Below, in pieces: positions 46,418 to 59,891 of a stretch of 64,000 nucleotides of DNA; positions within the stretch are counted from its first letter, which is position 1, and the number at the start of each line of letters is the position of its first letter. The notes beneath the pieces are model-generated. The model was not told the origin of the DNA and ran no database searches. It saw nothing but the letters and a program-made list of their open reading frames with translations. The translations under genes were made by a program, and so were the position numbers. The stretch lies in NCBI GenBank assembly GCA_002269645.1, contig NIVC01000525.1, forward strand, positions 310,001-374,000, written 5' to 3'. The DNA is from Macrostomum lignano. Lineage: Eukaryota.

Positions 46418-49092
46418 TGGTTATTTACATTGTAATTAAAATATAGGATACAGTTGAAATTGTCATCTTTTTAAATTGTTATATGAATATGATGATAACA
46501 ACTTGGCCAATCTATAATACTTTACCATTTAATTTGAATATGACCAATTTATCAAATTTCTTGGAATTGAAACCAAATCAAACAAAGTAACATAGGACCC
46601 TAGAATAAATTAAAGCTAAGGAATAATATCTTGAATAAAGTTTAAAAATAGACCCTACATATGCTTTTAATTATAGAGTTACCAAATCATTATAACACTA
46701 TTTTATATCATTCATTCCTAGTTAAACCTTGAATATTTAGCTCATTTAGGCCTATTAACTTTAATATAGAAATTAGGCCAAGGCTTTGCATCTTTTAAGT
46801 GGATGCTAGGCCTAGGCCTATGAATGTAATTTAAAGTTGAAAATCTTTTGTTGGCAAACAAGAATATATTGCCACTATGAGCCAAGATCCTTGCATAGCC
46901 AATGAAACATCTAGGACTATTTAACTAACATATCTAACTAAAAAAATTCAAGTTTTCTTTGTAAAACATAATATGATGATTTAGTGAATTCAACATTGTC
47001 TAAATGCAAAGACAATGACAATTTAGTTGTTTTTTTTGTAATCTACATATGATGGCTTCCAAACAGTCTGGTGACAAGACAATCTGGCAATAAACGATAC
47101 AGCAACAGTCAATCTAGTGATAGACAATCTAGCAACAGATATTAAATCAATATATATTCAGCATATATAGGCCCCCTAACAATTTTTGGTTCTTTGACTT
47201 TCGAATATTGTTGCAAATACAATATATACAATAATATTGATCATAGTCATACAAACTTGCTTTCCAAATAGATTAAATTGATTGTGCTTTGAAAATAACA
47301 TTTAAAAAATCAACAGCTAATGTCAGCTATATATAGCTGTGAAAATATAATTGCAACAATTATAGTTTATATAGGCCTAATTGTTTTTTAATTAATTCAA
47401 TCAAAATAATCAAATTAATAAGTAATAATAAAGAGCTAAAAATAATAGCTCAACTAATCTATATATATGCTGATATATGTTGACTTAATATCTAACACAG
47501 GATTGTTTGTTGCTGGATTGACTGTTGCCAGATTGTCTGTTGCCAGATTGTCTTGTTGCCAGAACCAGATTGACTAGATACCCATATGAGGATCTTGAAA
47601 ATGATGACTTTGGTTGGAGCCAAAAATATATATACTATATATTTATAGGCCCTATCAATAACTTTAGGTGTTAGACCTAACTGTATTAGATTTTTGAACT
47701 TTTTATATAGAACTACAAAAAATTAGTATTTTTGTTCAATTACGTTAAAATGAATCTGTTTAAAAACCATCTTTGTTTTCACTGTTTTACAAATCTTCCA
47801 AATAAACTACATGTATTGAATACTGAATAGTATCGAGTACTTTGTTAAAACTTTTTGTCATTAAAAGGGTTAATTTTAAATATTTGCTATGCTTAGCTGC
47901 CAGCTTTACTTAGAACAACCAAACAACCCAAAGTTCGAGGCGAATGAGACTTGCAAGATTCAACTTTCAATATATAATAATAATGATAACATTACTAATA
48001 ATAATGACAATATTGATTTAATGTCAGTACACAAAATTAAATACAAACAACTGCACAATTCTAGCCATGGGGATAAGCTGAAAATTATTGACACGGATCC
48101 ATGTGGATAAAATTGTAATTATTGACACGGCCTATATAGACTTGAATGGTGGCAGCTATTTCCATAACTTGAATAAGCTGCTGTGGGGACAAGCTAGAAA
48201 TTATTGACACGGATCAGTGTGGATAAAATTGGAATTATCGGCACGGGACCGTGGGGATAAGCACTTCCTTTTTATAATCTTTAGGCCTAATAATAACATA
48301 AAATAATCTAAATAACGCCTTTTAATATAGCCATAGACTCATTAGCAACAGAAAAATTCCTAGGCTAGGGCGCTTCTGACGGATGTCGGATGACCATCGA
48401 ACTAGCTAGCCAGCCTAGCCTGCCGTTGCGAAACAATTAATACTGAATAGGAAATCGCCTCGGCGCAGCTCGGCTTGAGCGGCTCCGTACAGCCCTCCAT
48501 CTATTATCAACATTGTTAATTGTTAGCTGTTAGATTTGGCGCTTGCGAAAAGCGAAGCATATAAACTAAAACAAACAGCATTTTACAATTAATAGTAAGA
48601 GTAAGAGAATTTGGCTCAGGCAATTAGCCTGTTTGGCCAATATATTATAGAGCTATGTATTTGGAATTTTCGAATATAGAAGTTTATAAAGACGATTTGA
48701 CGACGATTTGCTAAGTTATTGTAAAAGATAAAGTATTTGAAAGCGCGCCAGAATTTTTACGGTATTTTTAGACGAAAAGTGACGACTAACAACTAACAAC
48801 GAGTATAAATATTAATACAAAAATGAGTACAAATTACGAGGTATAGCTTTAATTGCGAGATTACTTTGGTAAGCGAGTTTGTAAAAAAAAAAAAAGACTT
48901 TTAGTATTTTTGAAAGCGCGTGATATTTCAAAGCGTGAAAAACGAACATAAACAATACTTCGAAAGAATTTTACTTTTAACGAATAACGACGATTTAAAT
49001 ATAGGAAATTAAAAAAGACAGTAAATGAATAAACAACTGAAAAGCGGATTTGTTACACTGCTGATGTATCTGATTCAGTTTGTTTAACTGTT

Positions 49093-50110
49093 TTAGCTAT
49101 TCATGACTTCATATATTTTAGCTACACCAGTGAGCTCTTTTCTGACTCTTTTTTCATTAGTAGCATATCCTATCTTGTGTATTTGATTGCTATTTAAGAG
49201 GTATTGACAGAAGTATTTTTTCCTGATCTCTTCAGTTTGTGGACATTCGGTCAAGTAGTGTAGAATGTCAGAACCATTTCGCGCTCCACACATTTTACAT
49301 GGTTCTTGAGAAAAAAAGTTGGGTGTAATCTCGCATTTCAGTTTTAGGAGGGTTGTTAAGAATTTTTTGTTTCTAAATGTACATGGAAAGAAATCTGAAA
49401 GGTCGGGCCTGCAGATTTTTTTGTAGAGATAGGCGTTTTTGTAGAGTTTAATATGTTGCTGATTCTCTAGCTTTTGGCTAAGTTCTCTTTCTCTGTGTAT
49501 CTTGAGGTGCTTTTTCACTAGGTATTTCTCGTTATTAAAGCTTTGGGAAAGTTTATCTTCAGTTAGTGCTTTTAGGTCTATACTTTCTAGTTTCTTTAGT
49601 ACATTCATTTTCCATGGATTTTTTTGGCCGGTGTTTGAGTAGAAAATTTCTAGAGTCGTTTGGCAGAGTTTTTTGTGTCTAATCTTCAGCCAGTAGATGA
49701 GGTAGGTTTTAGCGATTCGTTGAGAGATTGGAGTAAGCTCAAGTTCTGATGATACCACACTGTTGCTAGCAAATTTTGGTAGATTGAGGAGATATTTGTA
49801 GAATTTCAGCTGAATATTATCAATAGCTTTTGTATCAGACATGGTAGCCAGAGGGCCCCAGAGCTCACAACCGTAAGTGATAACGGGGGTAACAAGCGCG
49901 TCAAATAGTCTGCGAATGAGTGTGATGTCTAGGGACGTATTCTTTACCCTATGGAGTAGGGAAAACATGGCTGTATATCCCTGCTTAGTTTGGTGTTCAA
50001 TACATTTTTTAAAGCTGTTTTTTGGTTCAAAAATAATTCCCAGGTATTTAAATTCATTTACTTCCTCTATTTCTTGGTTGTCGTAGTATATTTTTGTAGC
50101 AATGCTTTCT
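49093..50110 (-). mobile_element. 5'-truncated non-LTR retrotransposon: C-terminal RT/thumb and CCHC region (CR1/L2-group-like)
   Basis: In-frame EIEEVNEFKYLG, LFDALVTPVITYGCELWG, IQLKFYKYLLNL, ELELTP and CKMC...HYLTEC. No YADD motif upstream. Confidence 0.85.
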
Positions 50111-50998
50111 GTGTCGTTTTTTTGTCTGGTATTGCCCGCAATACCAGACAGCAGTCAGTCTGCGGACCAAATTCAAAAGTTGTGTTTATTATACGAGTAA
50201 AGCAAATTAAATATCTGATTGAATATCATCATTTGATCATTGTCTACTATAATAAAACAATAGAAGGGTTTTTTGCTAAAAATGTTTTATCAACTGACAA
50301 ATAATTTTTATATCTCCATTACTTTAAAACTCAGCTTCCGAGTTTTTTACTATAATAGCCTTATGCAATCGCTTTAAGGTTGTATGAAGGGCTCCCTGTA
50401 ATCTAGAATCAGAAAAATCGTAGAATAGAATCAATGTTAGCTAGTAGGTCTACTAAAGCACGAATATTTTTATTTTGTGAGGAACTCAGGTTTTCAATGG
50501 CAATAACAATTAGTAAATTAGAATTGCTTTTTCTGATAAAAAGTAGAACCGTGGCTTTATGTTTTCGATCTTTACTTACATACAGTTTTACACGTAGCCA
50601 CAGGAATTTTTTCACGCATTTTTTAAAAACTCTTCCAATTTCCATCCTCGACTTCTTCTATTCAAAGAATGGTTTCGCGTGTTGTACAGATTGTGTAGCT
50701 ATACATTTAGGTAAAAAAATATAGAAAATCTATTTCGTTTTGTAGTCATTAAATTATTCCAAGTGCTATTTAAAATTTCTGCAATATCTTTCGCAATAGC
50801 TAGGTGAAAGCCACTAAGCAGTGAGTGGCGTTTATAGCAGTTTAAAGAGGTGGGGCTACAACCCACTTGGGTCAATTTGGCTCATTGTCATTACTTGTTC
50901 CCGTCTCATCGATAGCTAGAGATTTGAGGGCGGGCTAAACCGTAAAGGCAAAATAACTGAAGGGCGAGACTGCGAGAGCAAATGGCGAAGCGTCATTC

Positions 50999-51032
50999 CA
51001 GGGACTACTCAAACATGTTTGAGTAGTCCCTG
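50999..51032. mobile_element. 34-bp TIR-only hAT-like micro-element
   Basis: Perfect palindrome cagggactactcaaaca|tgtttgagtagtccctg with an exact 8-bp direct repeat cgtcattc on both sides. Confidence 0.75.
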
Positions 51033-52049
51033 CGTCATTCTTGATTGAATTGTACATGTACAAGGTTTTTATTGGAATTTATATTACATGTTCGTGCAGT
51101 TACTACAGTAGCTACACATGGAAGTTTATCTAGTTACATAGAAAAAATTTACTACATTAAAGGCCTTGTTGTACTGTTAACTATTACATGTACATTTATG
51201 TATGTACTCTAAAACGAGTAAATCAAGGTGATAAGAACACAATTTAAAAACGATCAACTTGTGTGTAGTACATGTAATATTATTGCTTCAGTATATTTTA
51301 TTATTACGATTGCTACAACGCAATTAAGCGATTAAATGTTTGCAAAACAATTAGAAATATTCAAATATAACATAAAACAAAGGACTTCGATGGTCCCACG
51401 ATAAAACTTCTTTTTTTATCTACTTTAACTTTTCTTTCAAAGCGATCGAGACATATTGGGAGAATTGTACAGTAATAAAAGTGCAGCTTTAATTTGATGT
51501 TTAAAAAAATTAATTTTTATATTACAGAAATAATTAATCAAATTAAAACACTGTCAAAAAGTACGAACAAAAGTCTAAGAAGACTAATTATAGTAGCTAA
51601 AACATAACAGTATATAATTGCAACACGGCTTGAACAGGTAAACAAATAGGTCAAATGAATTAGGCAATCGCTTAACACAATAAAAAGTAACAAAATAAAT
51701 TTAATGCTTAGTATTTCTGTAATCTTTTGAGAATTTTTCAAAACGCACATGTAAGACTGAACCACATCGAAAAAAATTAAAAATAAAAAAACCGCTCGCA
51801 TACTCAAAATGCAGCACTTTTTGCTGAGACGATATCGACTGCCCACTCTTCCAATGCATACCAATAAACCATAAATTCAGTTAACCAACTTTTATCAAAA
51901 AATCAATCCAAGGGTATACAAAAGCATCAACGAGGGGTTAAAATCAATAAAATTCGCTTCCTAAACTGATTTGTTAACAGGGGATATTTGATGGATTCAA
52001 GATCGAAAATAGAATATGCAAATGGAAATATCGGTAAAAATTATACTGC

Positions 52050-52605
52050 TCAACTGCGGTCTATCCTACCCGTTCTATCCCTGCTCATTAGTTTTCACAA
52101 CTGCGGTCTATCCTACCCGTTCTATCCCTGTTCATTAGTATTCACAACTGCGGTCTATCCTACCCGTTCTATCCCTGTTCATTAGTATTCACAACTGCGG
52201 TCTATCCTACCCGTTCTATCCCTGTTCATTACTATTCACAACTGCAGTCTATCCTACCCGTTCTATCCCTGTTCATTAGTATTCACAACTGCGGTCTATC
52301 CTACCCGTTCTATCCCTGTTCATTAGTTTTCACAACTGCGGTCTATCCTACCCGTTCTATCCCTGTTCATTAGTTTTCACAACTGCGGTCTATCCTACCC
52401 GTTCTATCCCTGTTCATTAGTATTCACAACTGCGGTCTATCCTACCCGTTCTATCCCTGTTCATTAGTTTTCACAACTGCGGTCTATCCTACCCGTTCTA
52501 TCCCTGTTCATTAGTATTCGCAACTGCGGTCTATCCTACCCGTTCTATCCCTGTTCATTAGTATTCACAACTGCGGTCCATCCTACCCGTTTTATCCCAG
52601 CTCAC
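52050..52605. repeat. About 42-bp minisatellite (cacaactgcggtctatcctacccgttctatccctgttcattagtatt-like)
   Basis: Tandem array just 3' of the nanos stop codon. Confidence 0.95.
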
Positions 52606-52692
52606 TATTCTTCACTCTGATAAACAAAAAACGCACTTAACAAAGTTCTGATAAGCCAGTTTGCAGACCAATGAATGAATCGATCAAATCAG

Positions 52693-55600
52693 TCAGAATC
52701 CGGACACGGACTGCAGACGATGGCGCTGCTGCTGATTGGTGCCGTTGCCAAGCGGGCAGTACTTGATGGTGTGCGCCTTGCTGCCCGAGACGCCACAAAT
52801 TGGGCACACGTACCTGGATTTTTTCAGGCAGGGACAAAATAGTAAAGATTATATTATTCTGAATAAATTTGTGCTCTTGTCACTAAAAAGTCGGTCATAT
52901 TTTATCTTCTCTACTGTTAGTAGCTTAAATGAAGTGATTATATACCGGTATATCTAGAGGCTGGTGCAGGATTTTTTTAGGCTAGGTCAGCGGTTTTACA
53001 GGGGTCCTGACTTGTGTATAAATTTTTAATCACAGCAGGCAGACCGAGCTCACCTGAACAGCACTGGGCAGGTAACATTGCCGTTGATGTCGGCCAGTCG
53101 GTGGCTGGTGTACACGTGGAACGGTTCCTGATTCTGTCGGCAGAATGCGCACAATTCGATGCCAATTTCGCGTTTCTTCTGATGATGCATCTTCAGCTTG
53201 GCCAGGAAGCTGAGCAGGGTAGCTTTGTCAACTAGGATCCGGTTCGGGCCAAGCTGATTCGGCCTGGTTTTCATGTTGCTAGGCAACGAGGCGCAACAGC
53301 TGACCGAGGCGATCCACTTGTCAATCTCGTGGCCGATGCTCAGTTTAGGCTGCTGATGCTGATGATGCACAGCTGGTTGAGCTGCAGGCGTGCCGATTGG
53401 CATTGGCAGGTGCTGCTGCTGGTTGCCACGCTGTCTCAGACTCAGCGATGCAGCTGCAGGGCGATTCTGATGACGAAGAATGCCAACGGATTCGTCGGTT
53501 GTGCGAGACTCGTCCGTCAGTGTTGAGCACAGCAGATGTTGACGGTGCACCTCAGCCTCTCCTGTGTTTTGTATTTTGAGATGAAATAGTTTTTTACGAG
53601 TATTGCGTTTTGTTGCAACTACATGTAGCAGCTCCCTGGGATTCCTCAGTGGGTCAATATAGCTCTCCCTGGGATTCCTCAGTGGGTCAATATAGCTCCC
53701 TGGGATTCCTCAGTGGGTCAATATAGCTCCCTGGGATTCCTCAGTGGGTCAATATAGCTCTCCCTGGGATTCCTCAGTGGGTCAATATAGCTCCCTGGGA
53801 TTCCTCAGTGGGTCAATATAGCTCCCTGGGATTCCTCAGTGGGTCAATATAGCTCCCTGGGATTCCTCAGTGGGTCAATATAGCTCCCTGGGATTCCTCA
53901 GTGGGTCAATATAGCTCCCTGGGATTCCTCAGTGGGTCAATATAGCTCTCCCTGGGATTCCTCAGTGGGTCAATATAGCTCCCTGGGATTCCTCAGTGGG
54001 TCAATATAGCTCCCTGGGATTCCTCAGTGGGTCAATATAGCTCCCTGGGATTCCTCAGTGGGTCAATATAGCTCCCTGGGATTCCTCAGTGGGTCAATAT
54101 AGCTCCCTGGGATTCCTCAGTGGGTCAATATAGCTCCCTGGGATTCCTCAGTGGGTCAATATAGCTCCCTGGGATTCCTCAGTGGGTCAATATAGCTCCC
54201 TGGATATGGGATTCCTCAGTGGGTCAATATAGCTCCCTGGGATTCCTCAGTGGGTCAATAGCTCCCTGGGATTCCTCAGTGGGTCAATATAGCTCCCTGG
54301 GATTCCTCAGTGGGTCAATAGCTCCCTGGGATTCATCAGTGGGTCAATATAGCTCTCCCTGGGATTCCTCAGTGGGTCAATAGCTCCCTGGGATTCATCA
54401 GTGGGTCAATATAGCTCCCTGGGATTCCTCAGTGGGTCAATATAGCTCCCTGGGATTCCTCAGTGGGTCAATATAGCTCCCTGGGATTCCTCAGTGGGTC
54501 AATATAGCTCTCCCTGGGATTCCTCAGTGGGTCAATATAGCTCCCTGGGATTCCTCAGTGGGTCAATATAGCTCCCTGGGATTCCTCAGTGGGTCAATAT
54601 AGCTCCCTGGGATTCCTCAGTGGGTCAATATAGCTCCCTGGATATGGGATTCCTCAGTGGGTCAATATAGCTCCCTGGGATTCCTCAGTGGGTCAATAGC
54701 TCCCTGGGATTCCTCAGTGGGTCAATATAGCTCCCTGGGATTCCTCAGTGGGTCAATAGCTCCCTGGGATTCCTCAGTGGGTCAATATAGCTCTCCCTGG
54801 GATTCCTCAGTGGGTCAATAGCTCCCTGGGATTCATCAGTGGGTCAATATAGCTCCCTGGGATTCCTCAGTGGGTCAATATAGCTCCCTGGGATTCCTCA
54901 GTGGGTCAATATAGCTCCCTGGGATTCCTCAGTGGGTCAATATAGCTCCCTGGGATTCCTCAGTGGGTCAATATAGCTCCCTGGGATTCCTCAGTGGGTC
55001 AATATAGCTCCCTGGATATGGGATTCCTCAGTGGGTCAATATAGCTCCCTGGGATTCCTCAGTGGGTCAATAGCTCCCTGGGATTCCTCAGTGGGTCAAT
55101 ATAGCTCCCTGGGATTCCTCAGTGGGTCAATAGCTCCCTGGGATTCATCAGTGGGTCAATATAGCTCTCCCTGGGATTCCTCAGTGGGTCAATAGCTCCC
55201 TGGGATTCATCAGTGGGTCAATATAGCTCCCTGGGATTCCTCAGTGGGTCAATATTGTTCCCTGGGATTCCTCAGTGGGTCAATATAGCTCCCTGGAATT
55301 CCTCAGTGGGTCAATATAGCTCCCTGGGATTCCTCAGTGGGTCAATGCATGTATAGCTCCCTGGGAGGCTGGGCTCGAGACTTTGGGAGAATTAGTAACC
55401 GTGTAGAAACGAGACATCTAGATTCAGAATCAAAGAAATCGCCTTAAACAGAATAAATAGCTACAGAGTGTAAGCTGTGACTGTGACCCTCTGATCCTGG
55501 TAACAGCCGCGGACTGAGAAATAAATCCTCAATAGGAGCGAATACAGAGATTGAAATAGGGGGGAAATACATGAAATAGGATAGGATAGGTGCCATAAGA

Positions 55601-56275
55601 CCGCTCAGACCAATAATACATGATACGCAACAGAGTAATACATAATACGATATTAGAACTAGAAGTACATCAAGTGCTACTCAGATCTGTCACAACTTTG
55701 GTGGCAGCAAGTGGAATATTTTAAGAGACAGAGAAAGACCCTAATTACAAAAAACTTTGTGGCCACCTAGTAGCGGGATAGCAACAGACCCACTGCGCCA
55801 ACTCGACCTCGTCAACTTTTGGTGACAACGGCGGGATAATAAAAGATTAAAATATCACAAACAGAGAAAGAGCCCTATATCATAGATGCATGCACGCACT
55901 CGTGCACTCACCAAAAGCGTCGTAAGAAAAGAGTTTTTGCTGATGTTCAGGAATGCCACTAGCGCCGCCTCCGCCGTCGCAGACTCCATTCCAGCCTTCG
56001 GCAGCGGGCGACACCGGAGCCCGATGGTTTTGCTCAGCAGAGTCGCTCATGCAGCCCGAGTCAAAGTCAATCAGAGGCTTCACTGTGCTCCAGCTCCAGC
56101 CTAGCTGGCCCGAGCTGCCAAATGCCTCGCTTTTGTGTCCGGCCTTATCTGGAGACGAGTTCGACGAGATTGATAACGAGGACAACAATGGCTCAGCAGA
56201 CAGCTGGGCTGGTTTCAACAGCTTCCAGCTGCTGTGATCAGTAAGCCAGGTGCTGCTTTCAAGAAGGTGTTGCAT
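52693..56275 (-). CDS. nanos: Nanos (two CCHC zinc fingers), about 330 aa, 3 exons
   Basis: Exons 56275-55912, 53561-53054 and 52813-52693; in phase, 993 nt. Spliced CAFC-x12-H-x10-C-x7-CPIC-x7-HTIKYC has exact Nanos spacing. Confidence 0.95.
53631..55365. repeat. 29-bp intronic minisatellite (gctccctgggattcctcagtgggtcaatata), about 1.7 kb
   Basis: Fills most of nanos intron 1. Confidence 0.98.
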
Positions 56276-56360
56276 TGTGGCTTCTTGATTCAAGATTGTG
56301 TATTATGAATATGAAGTAACTTAGTTGACTTTCTAGCTTCTTTCCTAGACTCTGGGCTCG

Positions 56361-56478
56361 TATTTATACTGGCGTCGGTTCCCTGGCCTAAAAGGGGGCT
56401 ATTAAAATTGTCTCAGCCAATTAAATTCAGTCTAAGGATTGGTGGGGTGGTGCAATTGAAAAATTGGGCTCAGCCAAT
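56361..56478 (-). promoter_or_regulatory. TATA box plus CCAAT boxes upstream of nanos
   Basis: TATAAATA on the minus strand at 56361-56368, about 90 bp above the ATG; CCAAT/ATTGG at 56417, 56438 and 56474. Confidence 0.6.
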
Positions 56479-57534
56479 CAGAACCGGTGTAGAGAAACGG
56501 GGTGCTGTCTAGCTAGCAATTTGAGGTGGTTGTCGCCGGGCTTGCTTCGGCGGTTCCCTCTCCGCGGGGGTTCGTCTGGGCGTCGGGTGTTAGTTTGTAG
56601 CGCAGGAAACAAGCTTTAGATAGATAACCATTAATTTGTATTAAAATCGTAAAACGAGAGCCAGTGCCTATCAGTTATGTTATCTCTAAACGAATAAGTT
56701 ACTCGTATTGCAATTCAATAAGTAAGGGAGCTTTGGGGATGGCAGCAAGCAACCAATGTTGGCATAGTAATTGCGTCTGTCTGATAATAAACTACGACCG
56801 TAATCGCGTTGCCAGCAGCAGCACCGAGTGAAGCAATAAAACTTATTTGAATCATTAGATACAAGCTTATTTAACTATTTTATGTAAAACTTTTTTTAAA
56901 CTCACAAAGTTTGTAAGGTATGAGAAAATGATAATTGATAATATGCGGTACCTTTTTTAAAGCTTTTTTTAGAATGAAGCGGATTTGGGAAAGAAAAGTG
57001 ACGTGATTAGAAGGGGAGAGTGAAAGTGGAGTTGAGAGAGAAACAAGAGAATTTCGGGTATGAGATGAGAGTAAAAGAGAAGGGCGAAGAAGTTAATACA
57101 CAAGCCAAAATAATCGATCTTATCACCATTATTTCTAAACCTCTGCTAATTGCATTCCTTCCTGCCGGCAAAGAGCCCGAGGGTAGCTTAATTTAGCAAT
57201 TCTACACTGCTGATATTTGATTTATGGCTAAATAAGGGGAGCACGAAAATTTCCCGCAGGAATTTTTCCCGCCGAGCTATCCCCGCACGAGATTCTCCCG
57301 CAGCGAGTTTTTATCACAGCGAGAGTTTCCCGCAGGAAATTTTCCCGTCGAGATTTTCCTGCCGAGATTTTACCACCGAGATTTTCCCACACGAATTTTC
57401 CCCGCACAGACTTTTTCCAGCAGAAAGATTTTCCCGCAAGAAATTTCTCTTGATTGCCTGTTTACCTTAAGAAAGAACTTATAAAAAGGAAAGCTATTAG
57501 CAGAGACGCGATTTTCTTTGATAAATTCGACACA

Positions 57535-58397
<863 letters not shown>

Positions 58398-59178
58398 ACA
58401 GAAGAGGTGCCATCATGGCAATCAAAAGGCAAAAATAACTAAGCCATGCACCGCAAGAAATGCATGGATCATTTCAGTCGGAAATATCCAGACAAAGTAC
58501 TTTACTTTTCAACAAAGTAAATTTAGCTGCATTTCTTGGGTGTATAATTAAGAGAAATTCAGTCCAAATGGCTGTTTATTTTAGTGGAGTTTCAGGTTTC
58601 GCTATTAAAAGTACCATTTATTGGCGAAACCACCATAGAGATGTTAATAATGAATGTTTAAATAGGTATCTTTTTGACACAATACACGCTTGGAAAAGAT
58701 TCGTACACGTGTTTCTAGTTAATCAGATAGAAAAGAACTGTCGGGCTCAAGTAAGATTACTTCCGCCGTTTCTTTGACTTCGAAGCAGCCTCATCATCCC
58801 AATTGGTGTTCTCCAACGTTCTCCGGATCCGGCAGGTCGTTGATCCCGTCAGCCTCCGACTCGGTCAGGTAGTTGTCGGACTCGTCGTCATCCATCATCT
58901 CGGAGGCTGAGATTTGAACCGCAGCAAAGCAGGAAGGTCAGGAAGAACTGTCACTTCATGTTTTTGGCTGTCCTCTCGTTAACTCGTGAGACGTGTCTGT
59001 CTATACAGCTGAGGCTATACAGTGAGGCTCCTGAGGCTGCACAGCTTTATATACACTTTTTCATTCGCAGTCTGAAAACGTGCCGTGAGCAATATAGAAG
59101 TCTTGTTTTGCCACGAGAATCACGAACACGTGAGCCTGGGGCACTGGAGAGGTCACGTTTTTCAGCTGGCCCGAGTCC

Positions 59179-59891
59179 CAGTAGCGGATCCAGAAAATTT
59201 TGAACGGGGGGGGCGCAGATAGGGATTGCAAAATGAGCAATCATCATTTGTGATTGGCCCGGAATTTGGCCAATCCCGGGATCAGAATAATACAGATTTT
59301 TATGCTTCTAGGTTGAAATTTTAAGGCAAAATATGCGCTAAACGCTTTTTTGCTTACTTTTTTGATTGTTATAGAGATAATGATCTATTTGTAGATGATA
59401 AACAGCATTATCTTGTGACCTATTGAAGTAAGTAGTATAAATGTACTAATTAGTAGTAAAGAAGCAAATCATATCAAAATTTAAATTGGAATTAATTTCA
59501 CATTTAAATCTGTGACGCGGGGTTTAAAAAGGAGCAACACGACGTGAGGCAATAACGGAAATTAGCGCAGTATAATAAACTAGTTGTGGGCCTAATTATG
59601 TTTATATTACAGCACTTTTTGTAAAAATATTAACAAACATTAGTCCCGGGATTTGGGGTCCCGAATCCCGGGACTGGAAATCCCGGGATTTAGGCCCAAT
59701 CCCGGGATTTCGGGATCCCGGGATCCCGGGATTGCAATCCCTAGGCGCAGACTACTAAGGTACATGTATATTCATATCATGTACAAGTATATGTACATGG
59801 TAATGTGTATTTTCCATATAAAAAATACAAAAAATAAAACTCAACGGGGGGGGCGCGCGCCCTGTGCGCCCCCCCTCTAAATCCGCGACTG
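59179..59891. mobile_element. hAT-like MITE (cagtagcggat...atccgcgactg) hosting a nested element
   Basis: Imperfect TIRs; no clean TSD; paralog at 45735-46417. Confidence 0.6.
59220..59743. mobile_element. hAT MITE with TAGGGATTGCA TIRs and an 8-bp TSD (ggcgcaga)
   Basis: Exact 11-bp TIRs, exact 8-bp TSD at 59212-59219 and 59744-59751, and atcccggg subterminal repeats. Confidence 0.9.

Noticed and set aside
53631-55365. Possible CRISPR array (29-bp repeats)
   Set aside because: Units are directly adjacent with no unique spacers, there are no cas genes, and the array lies in a eukaryotic intron. The same applies to the other arrays.
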